A DNA stretch of 64,000 nt from an uncultured Candidatus Saccharibacteria bacterium (GTDB lineage Bacteria; Patescibacteriota; Dojkabacteria; JAOAGR01), in NCBI GenBank assembly GCA_964503755.1, contig CAZDBO010000002.1, forward strand, positions 261 through 64,260, given 5' to 3'. Positions 30,481 through 40,374 of this stretch are shown here, piece by piece. The notes beneath the pieces are model-generated. The model saw only the letters and a program-made list of their open reading frames with translations. It was not told the DNA's origin and searched no databases. The stretch's first letter is position 1. Each line of letters starts with the position of its first letter. The translations under genes were made by a program, and so were the position numbers.

Positions 30481-31809
30481 ATGTTTTTATGGTGGTCAAA
30501 AATAAAGAAATCTATCAAAAATAACAAAAATAATTTTACTTTTAATCTTGGACAAAAATTTAAGTTAAATAATAAAAAGAACAATAAGACTATCCTAAAA
30601 AATAAATCTGATGGTAAAAGTGGATTAAATAATATCAAATCAATATTTAATTTTAACTTATCAGGTGATGTCGTACTTTTTGCTTCTTTTGTATTTATTA
30701 TTTTGATGGGAATATTGATAATTTTTAGCGCATCAGTAGTGTCAGCTTCTTTTTATACTTCGGATAGATTTTGGTTTTTTTTCAATCATATCCAGAAAAT
30801 TATTGTAGGTATTATTTTCTTTTGTTTTTTTTATTTTATTCGTGCCGATTTATTAATAAAATTTAGTATTTTTGGCTTTTTAGCTATTTTGGGGATACTT
30901 GTTTTTCTTTCTATATTAGGATTATTTGGTGTTGTAGAGTCGGTAGATGGTGCTGCAAGGTGGATAGAAATATTCGGCATCCAATTCCAACCCTCTGATT
31001 TTCTTAAACTATTTTTAATATTATTAGGAGCTAAAGCATTAAGCAAAATTGAAAAATATTATTCATTAAAAGATTATTTAAGATCTAAAGAATTTAAAAT
31101 TTTGGTACTAATAGTTCTATCTATCATACTCGTTTTAGTTGGTAATACAAATCTTGGGACATCAATAGTGTTATTTTCAATTCTTATTGCTATATATTTT
31201 GTTTCACCTTTAAATAGATGGAAAATTTTCGTTATTATTTTCTTTTTGGTTTTAGGTATTTTGGGAAGCATTTTGTTTATAAATTTATTCGCCTATCGTA
31301 TGGATCGTATCGCAGTATGGTACGAATATATCACTACAGGAAATAGTCGGCTTTTAGATTGTCCCAATAATCCTGATTGTTCATATCATTTTCATAATGC
31401 CTTGATTACATGTGGAAGTGGAGGACTCTTCGGTGTAGGTGCTGGGAAATCCATTGGAAAATACTTTCTGCCCAAAACATCATCTAGTGATGATAGTGTA
31501 TTTTGTATCATGGCAGAAGAACATGGATTTATAGTGGTTATATTTATTTTGCTTCTTTTATTTTTTATCGCTTTTAGAATGTTAACTATTGCTAATCAAA
31601 TAGACAATATTAAATACAAAATTATCTTGGTGGGAGTTTCTATTTGGATTATTGTACAAGCTTTTTTACACATTGGATCTAACATTGGACTTACGCCAAT
31701 GACTGGTCAGACATTACCTTTTATCTCATTAGGAGGTAGCTCTATAGTGTCTCTTATGTCGGCTATGGGGATCTGTATAGGCATATCTGGCTATAGAAAT
31801 GATAAATAA
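30481..31809 (+). CDS. ftsW: FtsW/RodA/SpoVE family peptidoglycan glycosyltransferase
   Basis: About 10 transmembrane helices, a large periplasmic loop, and C-terminal GQTLPFISLGGSSIV. Confidence 0.8.
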   Translation: MFLWWSKIKKSIKNNKNNFTFNLGQKFKLNNKKNNKTILKNKSDGKSGLNNIKSIFNFNLSGDVVLFASFVFIILMGILIIFSASVVSASFYTSDRFWFFFNHIQKIIVGIIFFCFFYFIRADLLIKFSIFGFLAILGILVFLSILGLFGVVESVDGAARWIEIFGIQFQPSDFLKLFLILLGAKALSKIEKYYSLKDYLRSKEFKILVLIVLSIILVLVGNTNLGTSIVLFSILIAIYFVSPLNRWKIFVIIFFLVLGILGSILFINLFAYRMDRIAVWYEYITTGNSRLLDCPNNPDCSYHFHNALITCGSGGLFGVGAGKSIGKYFLPKTSSSDDSVFCIMAEEHGFIVVIFILLLLFFIAFRMLTIANQIDNIKYKIILVGVSIWIIVQAFLHIGSNIGLTPMTGQTLPFISLGGSSIVSLMSAMGICIGISGYRNDK

Positions 31810-31815
31810 AAATTT

Positions 31816-33582
31816 TTACATTTTGTCTATAGTATCAATCCCTAACAAAAACAATCCTTTTTCTACGATCTTCACGTATATTTTAACAATATTAAGGCGT
31901 GTGATGTTTACTTTCTCCTCATCTATAACGCGATTATTTTTATAGAATTCGTTAAACAAAACTGCTATATCATAAAGATATCTTGCGATTCGATGCGGTT
32001 CTAAGTTTTTTGTAGATTCAAATACGACATCAGTAAACTGGTAAAGTTTTTTTAAAAGATCAGATTCACTTTCTGTGAATTCTAAATTTTCTATTTTATC
32101 AGAAAAATTCTGAGCATTTGATATTATATTTTTTGCCCTAACAAAGCTATAAAGTATATAAGGACCAGAAAATCCATCAAGAGCCAAGAAAATTTTGGGA
32201 TTAAATACAAGATTATTTTGTAGCTCGTGTGATAAGAAAAAGAATTTAAGTCCTCCAACACCAACAATATAGCTTATTTTTTCAATTTCTTCTGCTGTAT
32301 ATGTTTTTGACTCAGCCATTTTCTTTTTAGCTTCTTCTATAGCTTCATAAATTAGATCATAGGCACCTTTGGCGTTTCCTAGTCTTGTACTTGTTTTTTT
32401 ACCATCTGGGCCTAGTACCCAACCATATCCTATGTGATGGTATTTACCATTCAATTCTTTAAAAGCTTTGTTTATAGCTTCTATGAGATTTTTGAAGTAG
32501 TCGTTTTGCTCAACTGATGTCAAAACTATTGAAAATTCGGGTACACCAAATTCGTTAACTTTCATTCGTGCAAGACTAAAATCCTTAGCACCATAAGTAG
32601 GTATACCACGTGAATTTATGTAAACTTGCGTTATTCCATTCGAATCTCGATAAATGATTGAACCTTGATCATCTATAAAAATATGGCCAATAAACTGAGA
32701 AATAAGCTCATACGCATCTTTTGCCGCCTTTGATTCACTATAGTGTTTATCAAATTCATCAATATTCAAAAATTTAAGAAAATTAACAATATGATCAAGA
32801 CTCCAAGATAATAAAATATCAAAAATTTTATTTATTTCTGGATCTATTTTTTTGTATATTATATAGTTTAATTCATCAATTTCTTTTTTTATATTTTCAT
32901 CTTTACCATAAGCATCGTTACCTTTTACGTACAATTGTAAAATAAGTTTCATTTTGTCTTTTTCATTCAAGCGTGCGATTTCTTCTGATTCTACGTCTAT
33001 ACTTTCTTGTTTTAAAGCCCATATAGTTTTTGCAATATGTAAACCCATATCAGAATAATAATTCATCCTAACCACATTAAAACCAAGATTTTCTATCATA
33101 CGTGCTAGCGCATGACCTGTTATAGTATTTCTGAGATGTCCTACTGTTAGGGACTTGAATGCATTAGGTGAACAAAACTCGACAAATACTTTTTTATTCT
33201 TTCCAATATCAAACATTGGCTTTGCGGAAAAAAGATTGTTTTGAAGATTTATTAGCTCATCATAAACATTATTAATATCCAAGCTTATATTTACATATCC
33301 ATTTTCTGCTGATGCATTGAAACCATGATTTTGCAAAAATGATTCGATTTCTTGTGCTATTAATATTGGTGATTTTTTAAAAATCTTTGTAAGTTTGAAG
33401 GATATGGTAGTACTAATGTCTGTTTTTTTATTTTTGTCTTGATTGAAATAGACATTTATTTCATTTTCATCATAATTTTGATTTGTACCTGCATTTACTT
33501 TGATATAATCTACTAGAAGATTTTTAATTCTAAATGTAATATTATCTTTTAATTCTAAATCAATTAGTTGTTTTATTATCAT
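31816..33582 (-). CDS. argS: arginine--tRNA ligase
   Basis: A class-I HIGH-like SPNAFKSLTVGHLRN motif, GPDGKKTSTRLGN in place of KMSKS, and a C-terminal DALR-type anticodon-binding region. The track ORF runs to 33627; the start was chosen at MIIKQLIDLE. Confidence 0.85.
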   Translation of the reverse strand: MIIKQLIDLELKDNITFRIKNLLVDYIKVNAGTNQNYDENEINVYFNQDKNKKTDISTTISFKLTKIFKKSPILIAQEIESFLQNHGFNASAENGYVNISLDINNVYDELINLQNNLFSAKPMFDIGKNKKVFVEFCSPNAFKSLTVGHLRNTITGHALARMIENLGFNVVRMNYYSDMGLHIAKTIWALKQESIDVESEEIARLNEKDKMKLILQLYVKGNDAYGKDENIKKEIDELNYIIYKKIDPEINKIFDILLSWSLDHIVNFLKFLNIDEFDKHYSESKAAKDAYELISQFIGHIFIDDQGSIIYRDSNGITQVYINSRGIPTYGAKDFSLARMKVNEFGVPEFSIVLTSVEQNDYFKNLIEAINKAFKELNGKYHHIGYGWVLGPDGKKTSTRLGNAKGAYDLIYEAIEEAKKKMAESKTYTAEEIEKISYIVGVGGLKFFFLSHELQNNLVFNPKIFLALDGFSGPYILYSFVRAKNIISNAQNFSDKIENLEFTESESDLLKKLYQFTDVVFESTKNLEPHRIARYLYDIAVLFNEFYKNNRVIDEEKVNITRLNIVKIYVKIVEKGLFLLGIDTIDKM

Positions 33583-33684
33583 AAAATGTATTTTACTATG
33601 TAATAAATATCTTACAAAACTTGGCAAATAATAAATTTATCTGCTAGCACTTTTTATAAATTCGTACTAAAATATCCATGGTCC

Positions 33685-34368
33685 ATGGTTATGAAAAAGA
33701 AAAATGTAAAAAAAGATATAAATTTGGGTTATTTAGTTCCTACAGTAATAGAAAACACAAATCGTGGTGAGCGTGCTTATGATATTTATTCAAGACTTTT
33801 AAAGGATCGTATAGTAATCATCAATGGTCCAATTCATTCTGGTCTTGGTGGATTGATTGTGGCACAGATTTTGTTTTTAGAAAAAGAAGATCCTAAAAAA
33901 GATATTTATCTTTACATAAATAGTCCTGGTGGAAGTGTAACAGAAGGCTTAGCTATATTTGATGCTATGCAATCGGTCTCATGTGATGTCGTAACTGTTG
34001 GTATCGGTATGTGTGCGTCTATGGGGGCTTTTTTGCTTGCAGCAGGTACCAAAGGTAAAAGGTTTGCAACACCAAACGTAGAAGTTATGATTCATCAACC
34101 ACTTACTGGAGTTCAAGGACAGATTTCTGATATTGAAATTACTGCTTTACAAGGGTTGAGAACAAAAGAACTAATGATTAAATACTTACAACAGTTTACT
34201 GGACAAAAAGAAGAGCTGATACGTAAGCATATAGAGAGAGATTATTGGTTAAATGCAAAGGAAGCACTAGAATATGGGATAGTGGATGAAATCGTAGAAT
34301 CAAAGAAAAAGAAAGCTTGGAAACCAGTTTATGTGCCAAGAATTGATCCTTCTTTTTTAAGGGAATAA
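33685..34368 (+). CDS. clpP: ATP-dependent Clp protease proteolytic subunit
   Basis: [11 protein letters not shown] carries the catalytic Ser, VMIHQPL the His, and the IEITA region is consistent with ClpP. Confidence 0.9.
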   Translation: MVMKKKNVKKDINLGYLVPTVIENTNRGERAYDIYSRLLKDRIVIINGPIHSGLGGLIVAQILFLEKEDPKKDIYLYINSPGGSVTEGLAIFDAMQSVSCDVVTVGIGMCASMGAFLLAAGTKGKRFATPNVEVMIHQPLTGVQGQISDIEITALQGLRTKELMIKYLQQFTGQKEELIRKHIERDYWLNAKEALEYGIVDEIVESKKKKAWKPVYVPRIDPSFLRE

Positions 34369-34370
34369 AG

Positions 34371-35474
34371 ATGAATATATTTTCTTGGAATAATTTAGAC
34401 TATCCATTGGTGTTGTGTCCACCAATGGATGGCATTACAGACAGGGCATTTAGAGAAATCATAGCAGAAGAAGGTGGAGTGCCATTGACATATACTGAGT
34501 TTGTCAATGTAAAAAGCATTATTTATCAAAATCCAAAAGCATTGAAAGATTTAGAATTTACATCAAATTGCCAAACCATAGTTCAATTATTTGGTAGTGA
34601 ACCGGATGATTTTTATGAAGCAACTCGTATGGTTGTGCGAATGGGTTACCTAGCTATAGATATAAACATGGGATGTCCAGCTCATAATGTATTAGATAAA
34701 GGAAGTGGTTGTGCACTGATGAATGCTACAGATAAAGCTTATAAAATCGTGCAAAGTATTATCAAAGGTGCAAATGACGAATTAAGACAGATTGATCCAA
34801 ATATTGATCAGGAAATCGAAATTAGTTGTAAAATGAGGCTTGGTGTCTTAAATGATACAGACATATTTACTCATGGGATAAAGATGATAGAAGCAGGAGC
34901 AAAAGCTATAGCAATTCATGGTCGTACATTAAAACAGATGTACACAGGTCAGGCTAATTGGGACAGGATTAGTGAATTTGTCAATTTAGTAAGAGAATCA
35001 TATAAATACTCATTTGATAGAGTAAAAATATTTGGTTCTGGTGATGTAAAAACTCTTTATCAAGCATTTGAAAAATTTATAAAATACAAAGTTGATGGAG
35101 TTATGATAGGGCGTGGTAGTTTTGGTAATCCGAAAGTATTTAGTAAAAAATTTATCGATAAATTAAAAGATTTTGTACAAAAATATATTGATGTACCTTA
35201 CGAATCAATACCTTGGATGGAAGTAGAAAAAGAACTAAGCGAATACAAATATAGTTTTAAAGAATTAAAAAATTATGCAATTAGACATGCGGATCTTTGT
35301 TTTAGATATAAAGGAGAACATGGTATTATACAGATGAGAAAGCATCTTGGATGGTATTTTTCTGGATTACCCCACGCAAAAGAACTTAGAAACTTACTCG
35401 TACGTGTAAATACGCTAGATGAAATAAAACAAATACTAAATGATTATGAAAGAAAATATGAACTACAAGGATAG
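34371..35474 (+). CDS. dus: tRNA-dihydrouridine synthase
   Basis: LCPPMDGITDRAFREI and IDINMGCP form the Dus TIM-barrel FMN site. Confidence 0.8.
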   Translation: MNIFSWNNLDYPLVLCPPMDGITDRAFREIIAEEGGVPLTYTEFVNVKSIIYQNPKALKDLEFTSNCQTIVQLFGSEPDDFYEATRMVVRMGYLAIDINMGCPAHNVLDKGSGCALMNATDKAYKIVQSIIKGANDELRQIDPNIDQEIEISCKMRLGVLNDTDIFTHGIKMIEAGAKAIAIHGRTLKQMYTGQANWDRISEFVNLVRESYKYSFDRVKIFGSGDVKTLYQAFEKFIKYKVDGVMIGRGSFGNPKVFSKKFIDKLKDFVQKYIDVPYESIPWMEVEKELSEYKYSFKELKNYAIRHADLCFRYKGEHGIIQMRKHLGWYFSGLPHAKELRNLLVRVNTLDEIKQILNDYERKYELQG

Positions 35475-35495
35475 AAAGAAAAAAAATTTTATTAG

Positions 35496-36158
35496 TGCCA
35501 TGGTTTTGGGATGGACCTACTTTTTAGTATTTTGGAAGCTTTGAAAATGTATGATAAGTTGGAAAAAAGGAAATTTGATATTGGTTTTCCTGCATTTGAA
35601 GAATTAATCTAAGAAGGATGGGCAAAATTTTTTGTTTGGTACGCTAACGTAAAGGATATATTAACAGAAAAAGAAAGTATATTTGACATCAAGTCAGCTT
35701 TAAAAATTTATAGATATGAAAAAGAAAAGGCTATCAGTATTCAAGTATTAGAAAAATTACATGATATGATAATAGACTTTCAGCCTGAGGTTTTAGTTGG
35801 ACATTCGATGGGAGCTTTTATGATATTTAATTATTTAAAGAGATTTTATTTGTCAGATTCGGTTAGAAATGTTTATTTTGTACAAGGAGATTTTCCTAAT
35901 GATTGGAAAATTGAAAATGGAAATATTACATCAAGGATTGATAATGATAAATTAAGGATTATAAATATATATTGTAACTGGGATCCGATACTGGATGTTT
36001 CTCAATTTGTAAATAAAACATACACTCCTGCTGGTATATCAAAATGTACTGATCCTTATATTTTAAATCTGTTTTTTCCATTGAAGAAAGATGTAAATCT
36101 ACACAATAGCACCTTAAGCGATGAAGACTTTCTTAATCTTGTATTAAAATATTAGTAA
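35496..36158 (+). pseudogene. alpha/beta-hydrolase (esterase/lipase-like) remnant
   Basis: An HGFG oxyanion-hole motif and a GHSMG nucleophile elbow are read in one frame. A TAG sits immediately upstream at 35493, so the N-terminus is missing against the end of dus, and an in-frame TAA follows at 35610. Confidence 0.45.
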
Positions 36159-36174
36159 TTGTACACTAAATAGC

Positions 36175-38118
36175 ATGGCAACTTATGGTGTTAGACCTGT
36201 CCCACAAAATATAATGCAAGTAGAGTTAAAATTATTTGATTTATTCACAGTAAGACAGTTCATTACTGCTGCTATAGTGGGTTTTATATGTATTGGATTA
36301 TTTTTATTACTACCATCACCATATAACATATATATTCCTCTTGTTATCGGAATTATGGCTGTTATTGTTATATTTGTACCGTTTAATGGTGAACCTTTTG
36401 AAGTATTTTTATCACATTACTTAGAGGCTATGGTTTCTCCTCAAAGACGTGTATGGCATAAAAAAGGATTTTATCTTAAATCAGCTGCAGAAAAGGCTCG
36501 TATTTATCAATACGGTTATGATCCACTAGAGGGAAAAGACGAAGAGTTTCTTCTACAACAAAATAGTGCAAATTCTCAACCAACAAATTTAGATTTAGCT
36601 GAACAAGAGCTTTTACAAACTCAAGTAAATATTAACAATATGACCGTACAAAATTCATCCAATATTAATTCAGGATCAATTTTTAATAATGTCAATTTAA
36701 ACAATTTAACGGGACAACCATTACAAAGTCTAGTACAAAAACCAAAGGTTAAATATATTACTAAAGAAAATAAGCAAAATGAGGAAAAAGTAGAGTTCAA
36801 AAGTTATATATTTGGTACTGTCGAAGATAATGAAGCTAAACCAGTAAAAGACGCAGTGGTATTATTAATTAAAGACAACGTTGAATTGGAAGAAATGAAT
36901 ACTGGCAGTAGCGGCGATTTTCAAACGAAATTAGAATATCCAAAAGGAAGATATCATATAGAGGTATATCAAGGTAGTAAACTTTTTAATCAGATTGAAC
37001 TTAATTATGATCCGGTTGATCCCGTACCCGTAAATATTTTTCCTGCAGATCACGGAGAATATCTAGAAAGAAAAAGAAAAGAAGCGGAAGAAAAAGCTCA
37101 AAAACAAAATACAAATTCTGATGTATTTGATGGTGAATACGATCCATCTTTATTTAAGATAGAATCTGATTCTAATTCAATCAAACCTAATTTAAATTTT
37201 AATGCCCAAGAACCTACTAGAAGCAAAAACAATATACTTTCTCAAACTGATTCAATGATTGATAAGTTGGTTGATATATCTATGAATAATACCAACGCTA
37301 CAGTATTGAGCGCTCAACACAAATTTAATGCTATGAAATCAAAAACTAGTGATGATACTTTAGTTGATATAGTTATTTCTCAAAATCAAAAATTGAATCA
37401 ATCAAATCAGATAGATCAACAAACGAGTACATCTCAAAATATTCAGGAAACACATTCAAATAAATTTTCAAATCAATTACAACAACCAGAATATCTAAGA
37501 ACAGAAAGTTCATATAAAACAGATGAAACTAATATCAATTTTGTGAATACTACAACACATTCTAATTCTTCTGATCAATATATAACCCAAGATATAAGCC
37601 AGAATCCTCAGACACAATCTCATTTTGATAACAATAATGTATATGTGCAGGTACAAACAAATTCATATACAAATCAGAGCAATACCTCATCAAATGCAAT
37701 TGGTTCGACAAGTAGCCCGAATGTAAACAACGCTACAAATCAATGCTATCAGATAACCCCAGCACTTCGTAATCAATATATAAGAGATTTGCAAGTGTAT
37801 GATTTTGAAACCTTGCCAGTAGTTATCAATATACCTATGGAAAATAATTTGATAAATGTTCCAAATACAGTAAATGGAGTTTTATGTCTTTTGGATGGTA
37901 CACCTATAGCTGGTGCAGATATAGTGATTCGTAATCAAAACAATGAAGTAATAAATCGAACAAAGTCTGATCAGAAAGGCATATTTTATTCTTATTCTTC
38001 TTTGAATCCAGGTATTTATTTTATAAACATATATTACATGAACAGAAATATTGCGAATTTTGGCGTGAATGTTAAAAACAGAGTAATTTCACCAAAATTG
38101 TTAATATTTAATGTTTAA
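36175..38118 (+). CDS. PrgI/VirB3-like N-terminal membrane domain protein with ~540-aa N/S/Q/T-rich extension
   Basis: The N-terminus KLFDLFTVRQFITAAIVGFICIGLFLLLP...IPLVIGIMAVIVIFVPFNGEPFEVFLSHYLEAMVSPQRR matches the PrgI-family pattern of an xRQF motif with two transmembrane helices. This is memory-based. Confidence 0.4.
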   Translation: MATYGVRPVPQNIMQVELKLFDLFTVRQFITAAIVGFICIGLFLLLPSPYNIYIPLVIGIMAVIVIFVPFNGEPFEVFLSHYLEAMVSPQRRVWHKKGFYLKSAAEKARIYQYGYDPLEGKDEEFLLQQNSANSQPTNLDLAEQELLQTQVNINNMTVQNSSNINSGSIFNNVNLNNLTGQPLQSLVQKPKVKYITKENKQNEEKVEFKSYIFGTVEDNEAKPVKDAVVLLIKDNVELEEMNTGSSGDFQTKLEYPKGRYHIEVYQGSKLFNQIELNYDPVDPVPVNIFPADHGEYLERKRKEAEEKAQKQNTNSDVFDGEYDPSLFKIESDSNSIKPNLNFNAQEPTRSKNNILSQTDSMIDKLVDISMNNTNATVLSAQHKFNAMKSKTSDDTLVDIVISQNQKLNQSNQIDQQTSTSQNIQETHSNKFSNQLQQPEYLRTESSYKTDETNINFVNTTTHSNSSDQYITQDISQNPQTQSHFDNNNVYVQVQTNSYTNQSNTSSNAIGSTSSPNVNNATNQCYQITPALRNQYIRDLQVYDFETLPVVINIPMENNLINVPNTVNGVLCLLDGTPIAGADIVIRNQNNEVINRTKSDQKGIFYSYSSLNPGIYFINIYYMNRNIANFGVNVKNRVISPKLLIFNV

Positions 38119-38124
38119 TCTAGC

Positions 38125-38871
38125 ATGGCGAATTTATCACCTGAAAATATTAAAAAAGATGTAGTATCAAATTTTTTTAGACCTCTTTATGATTTCTTTT
38201 TTAGTGATCCTGATAAACAAAAAGTAACAGCAGCCACACAAGATCATCTAGATATATATGATATTTTTGACGATATAGTGTTATTAAAAAATGGCGATGT
38301 TGCGATGGTGATCGAAACTACCGCAGTTAATTTTCAATTAATGTCTTCATACGAACAGCAAGCAAAAATTGCGGCTTTTGCTGATTTGATAAATGCACTT
38401 AATTTTGAATTACAAATAGTTGTGCATACAGAACCTATCAATATGCGAAGATATCTCAAATATCTTGAAGAAAACTATAAAAGGCTACAATCGCAAGAAT
38501 TAAGAAAGCAAATGAGATATTATATCGAATTTGTAAAAACTCTTGTTGTTCAAAATAATATTTTACAAAAAAGATTTTTTGTGGTTTTATTACATCGTTC
38601 AGGTGTGCTTACTGCCGATCAACTAAATCCATTTCAAAAGTTTGTCGATCTGATTTTGGGGAGGAAAAGAATAGTTGAGATACCAAATGCGCAAGAGCTG
38701 GTAGATAAAGCTTACATGAGTCTCATACCCAAACGTGATTCTATCATGAGACTTTTATCCAGGATAGGATTGGGTTCAAAGCAACTCAATACAAAAGAAT
38801 TAATCGAACTTTTCTATAGCTATTATAATCCTGTAACCAGTTTTGATGATGAAGATTTAGAACAAAAGTAA
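38125..38871 (+). CDS. hypothetical protein (248 aa) in operon with PrgI-like and ATP-grasp genes
   Basis: The start lies 7 nt after the upstream stop. No motif recognised. Confidence 0.35.
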   Translation: MANLSPENIKKDVVSNFFRPLYDFFFSDPDKQKVTAATQDHLDIYDIFDDIVLLKNGDVAMVIETTAVNFQLMSSYEQQAKIAAFADLINALNFELQIVVHTEPINMRRYLKYLEENYKRLQSQELRKQMRYYIEFVKTLVVQNNILQKRFFVVLLHRSGVLTADQLNPFQKFVDLILGRKRIVEIPNAQELVDKAYMSLIPKRDSIMRLLSRIGLGSKQLNTKELIELFYSYYNPVTSFDDEDLEQK

Positions 38872-38883
38872 TAAAATACATAC

Positions 38884-40374
38884 ATGAAACAAATTTTTTA
38901 TATTACCTCGGATCCTGAAAGAGCGTGCGGTATAGAAGATCTCTTGCCTAGTTTTCACATTATTTATTCTGATAATAGTCAGATCGCGTTTTCTATAGCC
39001 AATGAAGGTGTAAATATTAAAAATTTTATTACTCCATATTCAAATAGCACGGAAAAATTACTAGCATTATCAGATGTCAAGGATTATATTAAATTTTTAG
39101 ATAACACTGAATCAAACGTAATTGTTTTTAAAAATTCTTCGGAAATTGAATCTAGTGCACAATCTTTTAATTATAATTTGCTAAATGTTCCATATAAACT
39201 ACAAAAAGAAATAGAAAATAAAATCAATATTGTTAATCTGTTTTCAAATACTAAAGGAATATTATTTCCAAAATATTTAATCTACGATAGATTAGAAGAC
39301 TCTGACTATAATATTGTGGTCTCTCAACTTGGTACTAATATTGTTATTCAGTTTATGTTTGGTCACACAGGAAATTCAACATTTTTTGTTGATAATAAAG
39401 ATGAATTTGATTTGATAAAAGCTAAGTATCCAAAACGCACCGTTAAAATATCTCAAAGAATCATCGGACCATCATATACAACAAATGCAGTTGTAACACC
39501 ATACGGAGTAGTAGTAGGTGGAATCTCAGAACAGATAACTGGAGTTGCTGGATTTACAGCATCACGTGGTGGCACTGTAGGAAATGACTTTAGTTGTAGA
39601 CATCTAGATGATAAAACTAAAAAAGAACTTATATATCAAACTATGATTATAGGTGAAAAAATTAGAGATTTAGGATTTTTTGGAGGATTTGGAGTGGATT
39701 TTGTAATAGATCAAGGCACAAATGAAATATTCACAATAGAAATAAACGCTCGTCAAACTGCGTCAATGTCTTATACAAGCTATCTACAAAGAAGGTATAA
39801 GATTGTCCCAATATTGATGTGGCATATACTGGTATTATTAAAACACAATTTTGAAGATGATATAGTACTTATGAAACCCGAAGAACAAGAATGGATAAAT
39901 GATGGAATTTGTCAATTTATTAGAACTAATGATAAATTAGAATATAATTTTCACAACAATCCAAATATAAATGCAAGTCAGATTATTTTTCGAAATCTTT
40001 ATAACTACGACCAACAGGTTATAGAACAATTTCCCAGTGGTCTGTATCGCATACGTGGTCGTACGCCAAATGAGTCAGCCATGTTAGAAGTAGATGAAGA
40101 AGAATATCCGGCAGTATTTAAATTAAATGAAAACGGTTGGACAAACCTTTGTTTTGTCAAAAGATCCCATTCTATTCTTGATATCCACAATGATGAAGAT
40201 TTTTTGATTTATTTTTCTGGTGAAAAATCAGTGATAAGTCCATTTGGTGAGATAGGTAGGATACAGATGCTCGCTCCAGCTTTTGAAAATAAAGAAAGTA
40301 CTTATCTAAAAGGATTTATATATGACGTTGTAAATTGTATAAAAGAAAATTCTAGATTAGTAAGGTACGAATGA
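38884..40374 (+). CDS. ATP-grasp family ligase (substrate unknown)
   Basis: The C-terminal GFFGGFGVDFVIDQGTNEIFTIEINAR matches the ATP-grasp E/N Mg-binding loop, and the central ISQRIIGPSYTTNAVV...GGTV region is the B/central domain. No P-loop is present. Confidence 0.55.
   Translation: MKQIFYITSDPERACGIEDLLPSFHIIYSDNSQIAFSIANEGVNIKNFITPYSNSTEKLLALSDVKDYIKFLDNTESNVIVFKNSSEIESSAQSFNYNLLNVPYKLQKEIENKINIVNLFSNTKGILFPKYLIYDRLEDSDYNIVVSQLGTNIVIQFMFGHTGNSTFFVDNKDEFDLIKAKYPKRTVKISQRIIGPSYTTNAVVTPYGVVVGGISEQITGVAGFTASRGGTVGNDFSCRHLDDKTKKELIYQTMIIGEKIRDLGFFGGFGVDFVIDQGTNEIFTIEINARQTASMSYTSYLQRRYKIVPILMWHILVLLKHNFEDDIVLMKPEEQEWINDGICQFIRTNDKLEYNFHNNPNINASQIIFRNLYNYDQQVIEQFPSGLYRIRGRTPNESAMLEVDEEEYPAVFKLNENGWTNLCFVKRSHSILDIHNDEDFLIYFSGEKSVISPFGEIGRIQMLAPAFENKESTYLKGFIYDVVNCIKENSRLVRYE

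Noticed and set aside
36175-38871. Calling the PrgI-like gene plus the following 248-aa protein a type IV secretion (VirB3-VirB4) module.
   Set aside because: The downstream proteins have no Walker A or B motifs. The 496-aa protein is an ATP-grasp enzyme, not a VirB4 ATPase, so there is no evidence for a type IV secretion system here.
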